From: a virus
Taxonomy: Duplodnaviria > Caudoviricetes
Reading direction: 5' to 3' (one strand)
Virus record (IMG/VR): IMGVR_UViG_3300033417_000011
Span: 1-53,853 of that record
DNA length: 53,853 nucleotides
The translations under genes were made by a program, and so were the position numbers. Positions within the stretch are counted from its first letter, which is position 1. Every line of letters begins with the position of its first letter. The notes under the pieces were generated by a model, which was given only the letters and a program-made list of their open reading frames with translations, ran no database searches and had not been told where the DNA came from. Below are positions 18,558 to 28,175 of this stretch, piece by piece.

Positions 18558-20170
18558 GCCGCCTGCTTAAAGTGCCCCGCCTTCATCTCGCCCGCGTCCG
18601 ACAGCAGCAACTCAATCCGCGCAATCATCAGCGGGAAGCCGGGCGGAATCTCCAGCGCAATCTGGAACAGTTGCCCCACCGGCTTGCCGTCGGTGTCAAT
18701 GAAGGTCGCCTGCCAGTCCTCGGAGCCTTCCGCGACCTGGTAGGCGTCGAGCGGCTTGTACTGCTGCTCGACCCAGCGCTGCTGCTGCTTGCACCGCACG
18801 GTCATCAGGACGCCCGCCGGGTCGATGTCACCCACGCCGTGCGAGCCGTCCCTGGCCCAAACGATGTGCGCCCGCTGTACCTTGTACTCGTGGGTCGCAT
18901 CGCCCACGACAAACACGCCCGAGCGGAGAAAGGCCCCCTCGTCGGCGACTACGCCCGCGCCCGAGGCTCCATCGCCCCAGCGCAAAACGTCGGGCGTCGC
19001 CTCGTCGAGGAACAACAGGTTGCACCAAGTGACCGCCGTTTGAACGCTGGTGCTCGTCAGGTTGAACGCTTCGCAGCCGCCCAGTAGCGGGTAGCTGTAG
19101 AAGTGCCGCGACCAGGTGCGGGCATCGACATCGAAGCTGTAGTGCGGCACGCCGGCCCTGCTGATCGGCACCAGGTGGTAGCGCAGGCGCGGCGCGGGGC
19201 TCGACAACTCCTGCGCGCCGCCCACCGTTCCCGCTGGCCCGAAGTCCATCCGCGCCGTGTAGCCTCTAAACAGCACGCCGCGCGCGAGCCAGAAAAGCAA
19301 CTCGCGGCGAATCGGGCCGCCGATGGCGCGGGGCGACCAGTTCATATCCATGTGGTAAACGTTGTCGTGGCCGCACCACAGCAGCTCGTTGCCATCGTCG
19401 GCGATGGTTGAAGGGTAGGGGCAGCCCTGGCGGCCGTGGCGCACCAGCGTTTCCCAGCGGATCGGCTGGAGGCCGTCGCCGGTCGCAAAGCCGAGCGTCC
19501 AGCCCATCGACCGCGCCACCGCCACGACGTTCTGCACCGTCCGCACGCCGGTGATTTCGTCGGGCGTCTCAGCCAACACGGTCTCGCCCGAGCCCGAGCC
19601 CGACCAGTCGGTCTCGTCGCCCGCGATCGACCAGCCCACCGTGTGCGCGGTCTCCAGCGACCCCGTACCCTTGTAGGCGCCCAAGGCCCGCGAGTAAAGC
19701 GATGCGTAGTAGCGGAACTGCGCCCCGGCGACGATGGTGAAGTCCGAAGTCGCCGGGTCGTGCCGCACCATGCCGTTGGTCCCTACGCTGCCGTTGTTGC
19801 CGATCACGAACACGCCGTTGACCACATTGATGTTGTCGAACTCGGAATCGCCGAGCGCTAACGTGCCGCCGCCCGACTGCGATAGCGCCTGCGCCTGCGG
19901 CCCCTTGGCAAGCGTGCCGTCGGAGAGAATCACGACCGAGTTGGGGCTATCCGCGCCGACCAGCATGCCGCGCGCAAACCGGAATTTCGCCGCCGACGGG
20001 TCGGGCCAAAAGCCGTAGGTGTCCCGCACCGCGTGGGGCCGCGTGCGCGCGACGCCGCGCTCAAACAGCATGTTGCGCGCTTCGACGCACTGGTCGGGGC
20101 GCACCAGGATTGCCGGGTCTTCGACGTTCAGCCCGTTGGCCGGGGTCCAGGTGATGCGTTCGTCAGCCAC
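18554..20170 (-). CDS. Tail nozzle/packaged-DNA stabilisation protein (beta-propeller)
   Basis: GLN...ARNM..RP N-terminus, WS..GD.TDW, GCPYPSTI; size and synteny match nozzle proteins. Confidence 0.6.
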   Translation of the reverse strand: MADERITWTPANGLNVEDPAILVRPDQCVEARNMLFERGVARTRPHAVRDTYGFWPDPSAAKFRFARGMLVGADSPNSVVILSDGTLAKGPQAQALSQSGGGTLALGDSEFDNINVVNGVFVIGNNGSVGTNGMVRHDPATSDFTIVAGAQFRYYASLYSRALGAYKGTGSLETAHTVGWSIAGDETDWSGSGSGETVLAETPDEITGVRTVQNVVAVARSMGWTLGFATGDGLQPIRWETLVRHGRQGCPYPSTIADDGNELLWCGHDNVYHMDMNWSPRAIGGPIRRELLFWLARGVLFRGYTARMDFGPAGTVGGAQELSSPAPRLRYHLVPISRAGVPHYSFDVDARTWSRHFYSYPLLGGCEAFNLTSTSVQTAVTWCNLLFLDEATPDVLRWGDGASGAGVVADEGAFLRSGVFVVGDATHEYKVQRAHIVWARDGSHGVGDIDPAGVLMTVRCKQQQRWVEQQYKPLDAYQVAEGSEDWQATFIDTDGKPVGQLFQIALEIPPGFPLMIARIELLLSDAGEMKAGHFKQAA

Positions 20171-20909
20171 CCTTCGTGTACCTCCGAATCAACGGCGCGA
20201 GGGCGTACTCCATGTACGGCCCCTCGCGCGACGCCAGCGTCTGCAACAGGTCGTTCCACAGCCGGGGGATGATACCCATCTCGTGGCTGTGAATCTTGTT
20301 GGTCGAGCCCATGCGCGGGTACTGCCCGCGGGTGACGAGCATCATGGCCTTTTGAATCTGGTCCATGTCGTCGCTGTAGTGGTAGAGCGTATAGAGCGCT
20401 TCCCACCTGAGCAGCTGAATCCAGTCCATCGGCAGCAGCACGACGTGCGAGGTCAACTCGTCGTTGTCGTTGGGGTCCTCGATCGCGGGCATCCGCCAAT
20501 AGCGCAGCGTGATTGTGTCGGCCGAATCGTCGGGCAGCGAGTCGAGCTCGATGTTGACGCCGCCGGCGCCGCGCGCGAAAGTGGCCGCGGCGCCCGGGCG
20601 CCGCGTGGGAATCTCGTCGAACACCGCGGCGGTGGTCGGCTCCAGCTTGCGGTAGGTGTCGGCGGACGAGTCGTAGTAGCGCAGCGAGATGATGCCCGCC
20701 ACGCTCAGCGCCGAGATGTCAACGTAGTTCTGGTCGGCGGTAACGCTGATGGGGTCGGATACGGCTTGCAGCTCAGGGAAGGGGATCTTCCCGCAAATCG
20801 AGAGGTAGGCGTCACGAGCGGCCTTCAAGCCGTGGTAGCGCTTGTCGTCGGTGCGGCCCAGGATGTCCTGGACTACCTCGTCTCGAACTGAACCGAGAGT
20901 AGTGGCCAT
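20163..20909 (-). CDS. Head-tail adaptor/tail tubular protein A-like
   Basis: MATTLGSVRDEV N-terminus, P....TITLRY; upstream of the nozzle gene. Confidence 0.55.
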   Translation of the reverse strand: MATTLGSVRDEVVQDILGRTDDKRYHGLKAARDAYLSICGKIPFPELQAVSDPISVTADQNYVDISALSVAGIISLRYYDSSADTYRKLEPTTAAVFDEIPTRRPGAAATFARGAGGVNIELDSLPDDSADTITLRYWRMPAIEDPNDNDELTSHVVLLPMDWIQLLRWEALYTLYHYSDDMDQIQKAMMLVTRGQYPRMGSTNKIHSHEMGIIPRLWNDLLQTLASREGPYMEYALAPLIRRYTKGG

Positions 20910-20912
20910 TCA

Positions 20913-21892
20913 TTACTCGCTGATCTCCGGGATGCCGTATTCGTCTTCGGACTGCTTGGCCCACTCCAGAATCTGGAAGGCAAGCTCCCGTGCGGCAGGC
21001 GGGGTCAGCGTCACGCCGCAAACTATCTCTCCGTCTTCAACGACCACCTGCGGGCTGCCCATCAAGCGCAGCGCCACACGCCCTTTGTCTACGCCGTCCT
21101 CGATAACCCAGGTGTTGATGATCTGCTCTTCAACTCGCATCGCCCGGCCTCTCGATCTTTCCGCACGGCTTACACTTCCGTTTGCGCGGAGAAATCTGCG
21201 TCCACTCGTGAATGTGCGCGTGCGTGGCGTTGGTCTTGACCTCGCCTACCGCCTCGGTCGTTGGCTCCTCGGCGGCCTCCGCCGGGGGCATCCAAGCGTC
21301 AAAGCGTTTTGCCATCAGTTCACCTCGTCGGCCGACGTGAACCACAACGCCGGTTCGTTGCGCAGGTCGCGGCTCTCGTGCTTGGCCGTCTGCTTCAGAA
21401 ACTCCGCGATGCGCTTCTCGCGGTAGTTGTTGTCCACGTTATCGATGCAGCGCGGGCAGCGCTTCGAGCGGCCCGATACTTCGGTCTGCTGCACGGTCAG
21501 GTCCGAGACGGGCCACGGGAAACCGCAGATGCCGCAGCTATCCCATTGCTCGTCGGCCTTCCAGGGTCGGCTCATCAGTCGATCCAGATTTCAAGTTGCC
21601 CGGCCTCCAGCGTCGTCAGGTACAGCCCGCGATAGACGTGGCCGACCTCGACCACGATGTCGTTGGCCGCGCCATCGTCGTCGGGCCACACGGCCCGAAA
21701 CACATCGCGGTCGTCGGCGTCTTTCAGGTGCGCCACGCTGCCCGGCGGGATGCGGTCATCGGTCACGTTGAGCCACCGCACGCGCTTGATGCCCACCGGC
21801 CCGCGAATACCGTTGTCGCCGGGGCGCTCGAACCCGACCGGAGTCGGTGGGTCCGATTGGTAGAGCCGCCACGGGTTGCCGGAAATATCCAC
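20913..21892 (-). CDS. Four small hypothetical genes (20913-21140, 21130-21312, 21315-21575 with CxxC pairs, 21575-21892)
   Basis: Tightly coupled ORFs; CGICG...CPRCID Zn-ribbon in the third. Confidence 0.5.
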
Positions 21893-21908
21893 AAACCCTC
21901 CAAAAGGC

Positions 21909-21941
21909 GCGGGGACGGGAAACCATGAAACCCGTCCCCGC
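21909..21941 (-). terminator. GC hairpin, likely terminator/attenuator after the capsid genes
   Basis: GCGGGGACGGG...CCCGTCCCCGC 11-bp stem followed by GCCTTTT on the minus strand. Confidence 0.55.
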
Positions 21942-21967
21942 TGGCAAGGGAGCCAAGCGACGCGAAA

Positions 21968-22894
21968 CTAGGTGGCCGCGACCGGCTCCAGAACACCGCT
22001 CTGGTCAACCGTGTCGGTGCCGTAATTCTCAAAGCAGGCCATCGACCCAGCATCAATCGTGACGCCGGTCGAAACCGGGTCCACGTTCGGGGTCCAGCAG
22101 GTGTTGTAGGCAATCCTGCCGGTACAAGCCGAATCAAGGTCGATTGCCAGCCCGGTAGCGTGGATGTTCTCGATGTTGTTGTGCTCGATGCGGCCACGGG
22201 TGGCAATGTTGCCGGTCTCGTTATTGATCGGCGCGCCCGAATAGGTGCCCAGGAACGTGTTCCCGATGATGTGCCACAGGTCCGGGGTGCCAACGATATC
22301 GACGCCCGAAACTGGGCCGGTCGTGGCGCCAGCATCGAACTCGTTGTTCAACACCTTCAGCCCGCTGCCGGTCGTGGTCGCACCGGTCGCCACCATGGCA
22401 TCGACTTGACCGCCGGAGTCACCGGCAACCAACCGGTTTCCATCCAGCATGAAGTTCGCCCCGGCGACCGTGATGCCGATGTCGATACCGTCAAAGCCGG
22501 TGGCGTCGATGATGCAATTGGACAGGCGGCAGTTCGCGGCGGTCACCGAGATGGTGGCCGTATCCACCGTGGTCAGGTTGATCGTCGGGCGCTCGGAGCC
22601 CTGGCCGATGCCGATGACCTTGACGCCCGCTTTATCGAAGGTGATGCCGCCGGCGGCGCTGACGGTCTCGGTGTGGCCGGGCAGCGCGTAGATGGTGTCG
22701 CCGCGAGCGGCCACGCAACGCCCGATGGCGTAGTTGATCGTGGCGAAGGGGTTGTCGGGCGAATCGCCGTTCGACGGCGCGTCCTGCCCCGTGGTCGATT
22801 TGACCCAGAAAACCTTGCCGCCGCCCCAGGGCAGGCCGTTGACAAGCGGAATTCCGAAGGACGATACGCCGTTCGGATAGTTCGTCAGTCCCAT
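21968..22894 (-). CDS. Parallel beta-helix protein (head fibre/decoration)
   Basis: NGDSPDNPFATINYAI...GDTIYALPG pectin-lyase-like start; GGAGGA RBS; directly after the MCP. Confidence 0.65.
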   Translation of the reverse strand: MGLTNYPNGVSSFGIPLVNGLPWGGGKVFWVKSTTGQDAPSNGDSPDNPFATINYAIGRCVAARGDTIYALPGHTETVSAAGGITFDKAGVKVIGIGQGSERPTINLTTVDTATISVTAANCRLSNCIIDATGFDGIDIGITVAGANFMLDGNRLVAGDSGGQVDAMVATGATTTGSGLKVLNNEFDAGATTGPVSGVDIVGTPDLWHIIGNTFLGTYSGAPINNETGNIATRGRIEHNNIENIHATGLAIDLDSACTGRIAYNTCWTPNVDPVSTGVTIDAGSMACFENYGTDTVDQSGVLEPVAAT

Positions 22895-23018
22895 GTGTCC
22901 TCCTCGGTGGGACACCGCGAACGGTGCCCGGCGGTTGAGCCCGCCGCTTACCCGAAAATCTTTACCGGTACGGGCCCTTGGGGGCCGGCTTCGGCTTTTT
23001 CTTGGTCTTCTTCATGGC

Positions 23019-23936
23019 CTAGGAGTGTCCCGCCCAAAGTCCGCGGTAGTCCGTAGCGTTGGCCGAGAACCGCGCGTGGATAGCATGTTTGCTGCCCAGG
23101 ACTTCGTTGTCGTCCCAGGTCATCGTGACCGGGCGGCGGCGCCAGAAGAACTTCACGTTGTTGCGCACGCCGGCGGCTTTCAAAAACCAGATCGTCGAGG
23201 ACGTGAACCAATGCCCGATGTGCGGCGTCAGCCGGCCGGCGATCGGGTTGATCGCGTTGTTGCCCGTGTCGGGGTCGAACTGCGAGCCCATCAGCTTCTG
23301 GGCCAGAAACTGGAGATCGGGGGCCATCCACAGATCGGTCGGCGATGAGGTCACCCGCATGCCCGCCTCGTCCACCTGCGACTCGGCCATCAGCAGGATG
23401 TTCTGGATGGCGGTAATCGACAGGTCCGCCGCCTGGTTCAGGTAATTGGATTGCGTGGCGGTCGTGATGTCGCCCTTGGCGGGGTCAATCAGCGGGTGCG
23501 CCGTATCGAACAGGGTTTCGCCATCGGCGGTCGTCGTCGTGGTGAAACCGGTATTCCATGGCGCGAAGCCCGCCGCCTCGACCTTGTGCCGGATCGATCG
23601 CGCCAGCTGCCGCGGTGTCTCGCGCACCACCGCGTAGCGGTCGTCTTCCATGACTTCGAGCGAGTGCGCCCAGCCAAGCGCGTAGACGTCGTGGGTGTAG
23701 CGCTTCGAGCCGCCCTGCACGATCTGGTCGTACTCGATGCCGACCAACTCGCGCTTGAGCCGCGCGAGGCCCAGGCCCGCGAACACCTGGTCTTGCTCGA
23801 ACTGGTGCTCCGAGGTTTCGACCTGGCACAGTTGCGAGTACTCTTCGGGGAGATCCGGCAGCTCGTTGTAGAGGATCTGATTGATCCCCGGCGCGAACAG
23901 CGTCCCGACGTTTCCTGACATCAATGGGTTTGCCAT
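23019..23936 (-). CDS. Major capsid protein (Mu gpT-like HK97 fold)
   Basis: YALG...S.E..EDDRY, ADG.TLF.TAHP, DLS.TAIQ, HARFS....DYRG; strong AAGGAG RBS. Confidence 0.8.
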   Translation of the reverse strand: MANPLMSGNVGTLFAPGINQILYNELPDLPEEYSQLCQVETSEHQFEQDQVFAGLGLARLKRELVGIEYDQIVQGGSKRYTHDVYALGWAHSLEVMEDDRYAVVRETPRQLARSIRHKVEAAGFAPWNTGFTTTTTADGETLFDTAHPLIDPAKGDITTATQSNYLNQAADLSITAIQNILLMAESQVDEAGMRVTSSPTDLWMAPDLQFLAQKLMGSQFDPDTGNNAINPIAGRLTPHIGHWFTSSTIWFLKAAGVRNNVKFFWRRRPVTMTWDDNEVLGSKHAIHARFSANATDYRGLWAGHS

Positions 23937-23945
23937 GGGGTCTCC

Positions 23946-24503
23946 TTATCCGGCGATCGCAGCCGCCACCAGCTTGCAGATCACAAACTCGTCGTTGTTG
24001 GGATCGACCCCACGAATGAGCCAGACGTGCTTGGCGTCGGTGCCGGTGTCGGTCGAATCCACGCACCAGTAGCCGTTGCCGGCCTTGTCGATCTTGTAGC
24101 GAGTCGCGTTTTCGACCAGCGTCTGGGTGAAGGTCTGGCCGTCGGCCAGCGGCACGCGGTAGTGGACATCGGCGGAGGCGCGGTAGACGCCGCACAGTCC
24201 GGTCTTGACCGGCGAGCCGATGGCGGTCGTGACCGCGTTCGGTTGGTTCTGCGGCGAGCCGTGCTCGTTGCCGGTTTCGGGGGTTCCGGCGGTCGCCAGA
24301 TTATGGGCCACTTCGGCCGAAAATCCGAGGATCAACTCGCTCGATCCCAATTCATCGGGGACCTCGATCAGGTGCCCGTCGCCGTTGAGCATCACCGGGA
24401 CGCCGCGCAGAAACGTTTCGGCGTCGTCTTCGGGAAAATGCTCGGCGGGTTCGAATCCCAGCCCGTTGTAGCGGATCGGGATAATCGGTTGTGCGGCAGC
24501 CAT
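23946..24503 (-). CDS. Capsid cement/decoration protein
   Basis: Position before the MCP; F..G.PV motif; GGAGGT RBS. Confidence 0.5.
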   Translation of the reverse strand: MAAAQPIIPIRYNGLGFEPAEHFPEDDAETFLRGVPVMLNGDGHLIEVPDELGSSELILGFSAEVAHNLATAGTPETGNEHGSPQNQPNAVTTAIGSPVKTGLCGVYRASADVHYRVPLADGQTFTQTLVENATRYKIDKAGNGYWCVDSTDTGTDAKHVWLIRGVDPNNDEFVICKLVAAAIAG

Positions 24504-24515
24504 GCTGGTTACCTC

Positions 24516-24977
24516 CTATTCGCCGCTGAGCGGCACCATCGCAACGTTGTTTGACCGCGCCCAGGCGGCGGTTTCCGGGTCGAGGCCCCCCGGCGCAAGC
24601 CGGTCGCGGTCCATCGACCGCAGCGCGTCGTCGGCGTCCAGGTCCTGCTTGAGTTCGCGGTCGACCATCATCAAGATGGCGTCGCCCTGAACGTGGGTGC
24701 CGTCGTCGCGCACCCAGTTGGTCTTCACCTTGGGGGAGTTTGTGGCGTTACAGACTACGTACTCGCGGGCCTCGAAAAACGCCACGCGGCGGGGGTCGAT
24801 GTTGATCCACTCGTAAACCTTCGAGGGGTCCTGATTGAGGACTTTGAGGTTCTCCTCGACGCTGGTTTTCGCGCGCACCGCGCGGACGCGCGCCGCGCGG
24901 CGGCGCAGTTCGGCTTCCTTCGAGGCCTGGGCGTCATCGGCGGACGAGGCGGCGGGGGTGTTTTTAGCGGCCATCAT
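24516..24977 (-). CDS. Hypothetical head-module protein
   Basis: YEWIN...YVV...GDAILM family found between scaffold and MCP. Confidence 0.55.
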   Translation of the reverse strand: MMAAKNTPAASSADDAQASKEAELRRRAARVRAVRAKTSVEENLKVLNQDPSKVYEWINIDPRRVAFFEAREYVVCNATNSPKVKTNWVRDDGTHVQGDAILMMVDRELKQDLDADDALRSMDRDRLAPGGLDPETAAWARSNNVAMVPLSGE

Positions 24978-25837
24978 TCACCGTCCCTGGGGTGGCGCGG
25001 TTTCTGGACGTTCGAGTCGAACGTCATATAGGGCCGCATCTTGCCGTAGTGGGGGTTGGGGAAGCCGCTCACCGTCTTGTTCATGTCCTTGTAGGTCATC
25101 TTGGCGAGCGGCGACTGTAGCATCGCGCGGCCCGACCAGGTTTTCTGGTCGCGCTGTTCCTTGTTGATCTTTTTGTATTTGCCGTACTCGGACTTGTCGA
25201 TGCCAAACACGGTTTCGGCGGCGTAGGTTTCGGCCTCGCTCAGCGCCTCGTCCTTGTCCTTGCCCGCCGAAAGCGGCTTCGGCGACGGCTTGCCGGGGGC
25301 GCCGGGGTCGGTCTCGTTTTCTCGCGGCATCAGGTCCTTCCACTTCTCGCCCCTGACCGCTTCAGCGGCGATGCGCCAGGCTTCGGGGGAGACGAACGCG
25401 GCGGGGTTGTCGGGCCAGACCTTCGAAATCTTCTGCTCGATGTCGGTCGAGTACTTCTTGAAGACTTCCTCGAACCCGGCCTCTTCGCGGACCGAATTGC
25501 GCGCGGCGGCCTTATCGGCGGGGAAGCGCTGCTGGCGCTGCTGGGCGTCGTAAGCCTGCATCGCCCGGTGGGTCAGCGCCTGCTGCGCGTTGAGCAGTTG
25601 CTTGGGGTCGTTTTGGAGCATCGACCACAACTGCTCGTTGATTTTCTGGTCGTCGCCGCCGGTGGTGGCGACGGGCGGGCGGCCCTGCTGAAGCTGCTGC
25701 TGCATCTGGGCCAGGCGCTGCTCCATCGTCTGGCCGGTGCGGGCAATATCGGCTTCGAGCTTGGCGATCTTCGCCGCCGACTCGTCGGTTTTGGGCTCGA
25801 GCGGGAGCTGCTGTTGGGTGCTGGTCTCGTCAGCCAT
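24974..25837 (-). CDS. Scaffolding protein
   Basis: Acidic/Gln coiled coil; C-terminal LSEAE..AA...FGI...EY. Confidence 0.6.
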   Translation of the reverse strand: MADETSTQQQLPLEPKTDESAAKIAKLEADIARTGQTMEQRLAQMQQQLQQGRPPVATTGGDDQKINEQLWSMLQNDPKQLLNAQQALTHRAMQAYDAQQRQQRFPADKAAARNSVREEAGFEEVFKKYSTDIEQKISKVWPDNPAAFVSPEAWRIAAEAVRGEKWKDLMPRENETDPGAPGKPSPKPLSAGKDKDEALSEAETYAAETVFGIDKSEYGKYKKINKEQRDQKTWSGRAMLQSPLAKMTYKDMNKTVSGFPNPHYGKMRPYMTFDSNVQKPRHPRDGE

Positions 25838-25967
25838 GATGTTTTGTCGGGGCCACGGAAACGGAAAAGGGCCTGCCGGACATTACTGCCCAACAGGCCC
25901 TTCCTAGAAAGCCCGTTTCGGTGGCCCCTTTAGGCGGTGCGCTGTTCCGCCTTCCAGTTAAACCAAA

Positions 25968-26333
25968 TTAGTCCTGTTCTGTTCCAGACTCTTCGGACTC
26001 AACGCTAGCACGTTCCTCTATTGTTTGCAAGTACACACTTTTTTGAGCGCGGGCGGCGGCGGGCGTCCAGTCCAGAATCCAGTCCGCCAGGTGAATCACC
26101 CCTTGGGCCCACCTGATCTGCTCGCCCGAGGCGTCGAGGGTCCGCAAATAGCGCTGCGCCAGCACGTAATCATTGGACCTGAGGACCAGCTTGCTGAAGC
26201 TGGGCCATGATCTGGCGGAGACCACCGCCTCCACCTCCTCCCAGTCCTGGGCCGTTAGCTCCGGGGGCTGGAATCCCCTGCTGATGGGCCGCTTGCTGCT
26301 CGCGCTGTTGTTCTTGCTGGAGTTCTCGCTCAA
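25968..26333 (-). CDS. Small protein downstream of portal (start uncertain)
   Basis: IRWAQG.I motif typical of post-portal proteins; overlaps the portal 3' end. Confidence 0.45.
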   Translation of the reverse strand: MSENSSKNNSASSKRPISRGFQPPELTAQDWEEVEAVVSARSWPSFSKLVLRSNDYVLAQRYLRTLDASGEQIRWAQGVIHLADWILDWTPAAARAQKSVYLQTIEERASVESEESGTEQD

Positions 26334-28101
26334 AATCGGGTAATTTCCCTTCCAGGTGAAGCTGATCCATGGCGCGCGCCAGCGAAACCGCCATGTCGTG
26401 CTGCGCGCGCATGATCGACCGCAAAATGTTGGCCATCAAGGGATTTTTATCCTTTGACATCTGGTACTGGCCGACCATTTGCATCAACTGCTGGCCGTAC
26501 TGGGACAAAATCGAGGCCTGCTGAAGCAGGTTCGCCTTGTCCACTTCCTTGTTCGCGGACGGGTCGGACGCTTTGACCTCGAAAAACGACCGCCTGAGCC
26601 GGTCGGGCTTCGCCAGCTCCATGAATTTGCGGATTTTCTGCTGCACGCCATCGTCAAACATGCCGATTGTGGGGTCGGCGGCCCCAAAATGGCGCTGCAG
26701 GGTGAACTGCGCGCACACAATCTGGGAAACCGACCAGCGGAAATCGCGGATGTGGGTCATCTGCCGCGAGTTCGCCTGCCCCATCATGGCGAGCGTGCCG
26801 CCGGTGTTGTAGATGCCCTTCTTGTCCGAGCCGCCCTGGCTCATGCCCTGCATAATGCCGTCGAGCCCCATCAGCCGTTCGGCGATCTGGAAGCACTGCT
26901 GCTCCTCGGCCATGGTGTCGGGCAGCCGGCCGGTCCAGTTCACCACGTCAAAGTCGTCCATCTCCTCGACTTCCCAGACTTTGCCGGGGTAGCCGTTGAC
27001 CGAGGGGTTCGGCAGCGTCGTGCCGCGCTTCTTTTTGAACTGCGGGCCGTTGGCGATCGACGCCGCGTCGCGCCGCTCGTTGTGGATGCGCGAGATTTCC
27101 TCTTGCGACTGCGCCAGGATCCGGGGCACCGAGTCGCCCCAAAACAGACCGTCCCTCTGGTAGGGCCGGTAGTCGATGAAACGCGGGCAGCCGGGCGGAA
27201 GCTCCGAGAAGTAGACATCGAGCAACTTGCCGATATGGGGCTGCAGTACAGCCACCACCGGGTAGTGGCGTTTTGAAATCTCCCAGTCCAGGAAACATTC
27301 GACCGCCTGGAACTCAAAGCGCTCGCCGTCTTCGATCCCGGCCTCGGATTGGACGTTTTGGGCTTTGGCATCCTGCTCGATCATCTGCATCGAGCGCTCA
27401 AGCTCGTCTTTAGTCAGCTTCCACAGCGGACGGCCGGCGCGTTGGGCGGCACCCGATTTCATATCGGCCAGCATCCGCCGGGCAAACTCCTCGGTATACC
27501 GCCGGCGGTGGAAGATGACGGCCATCTCATCCAACTCGTCAGCCGCCACCGGGTAGCAGAAGAAGTCCTCAAACGGGATGACCTTGGCCCACGGCCCCTC
27601 GTACACGGTCACCAGGTCCGACTGAATGCCGCCCTCGACAGAGGTCACCTGCTCCACGTCTTTCGACTCCCAGCCGATTTTCGCTACCGCGGTGCCGTAC
27701 TTGAGCCCGCCGGCCTGAAACGCGGCCAGCAGCTTGTAGTAGCCCCACTCATAACGGGCTTTGCGGTCGAGGTAGGATTCGCCGCCCTCCCTGGCTTCGT
27801 TGGGGAACCCATCTACCGAGATCAGCGGGTTGGTGGCCCAGATCATCCCCTGGGTGCGGGCGCGGGCGGTATCGACGAACATGCGGGTGATCGGCACCAC
27901 GAAGTTCGAGGCCTTATGGAAGGGGACCTTGCGGATCTTTTCAGCCGGGATCGCGTCGTAGCCCTGCGACCAGGCGTCGTAGAGGGATCCGACCTGGGAG
28001 TCGCGGCCCGCGGTGGCCAGCCGGAACTGCTCGACGAGGTAGGATTCGAGCGCGTCCCACCATTCGCCTTTCGGGGGACGGATGAGCGAGGGGGCTGGCA
28101 T
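26170..28101 (-). CDS. Portal protein
   Basis: 643 aa; KYGTAVAKIGW, FWGDSV..IL...QEEI...HN.R.D, Gln-rich barrel tail. Confidence 0.85.
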   Translation of the reverse strand: MPAPSLIRPPKGEWWDALESYLVEQFRLATAGRDSQVGSLYDAWSQGYDAIPAEKIRKVPFHKASNFVVPITRMFVDTARARTQGMIWATNPLISVDGFPNEAREGGESYLDRKARYEWGYYKLLAAFQAGGLKYGTAVAKIGWESKDVEQVTSVEGGIQSDLVTVYEGPWAKVIPFEDFFCYPVAADELDEMAVIFHRRRYTEEFARRMLADMKSGAAQRAGRPLWKLTKDELERSMQMIEQDAKAQNVQSEAGIEDGERFEFQAVECFLDWEISKRHYPVVAVLQPHIGKLLDVYFSELPPGCPRFIDYRPYQRDGLFWGDSVPRILAQSQEEISRIHNERRDAASIANGPQFKKKRGTTLPNPSVNGYPGKVWEVEEMDDFDVVNWTGRLPDTMAEEQQCFQIAERLMGLDGIMQGMSQGGSDKKGIYNTGGTLAMMGQANSRQMTHIRDFRWSVSQIVCAQFTLQRHFGAADPTIGMFDDGVQQKIRKFMELAKPDRLRRSFFEVKASDPSANKEVDKANLLQQASILSQYGQQLMQMVGQYQMSKDKNPLMANILRSIMRAQHDMAVSLARAMDQLHLEGKLPDFERELQQEQQREQQAAHQQGIPAPGANGPGLGGGGGGGLRQIMAQLQQAGPQVQ

Positions 28102-28116
28102 TATTAGGATGCCTTA

Positions 28117-28132
28117 TGTTTCACGTGAAACC
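28117..28132. promoter_or_regulatory. parS-like centromere palindrome
   Basis: TGTTTCACGTGAAACC, 15/16 match to the bacterial chromosomal parS TGTTTCACGTGAAACA. Confidence 0.75.
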
Positions 28133-28175
28133 AAGCGCTTACTGACTTAGAGGGTAGGGCCGAAGGGCGGGAAAG

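Noticed and set aside
10586-27276. Many long plus-strand ORFs opposite the structural genes
   Set aside because: They are antisense shadows of high-GC coding sequence with no RBS or motifs
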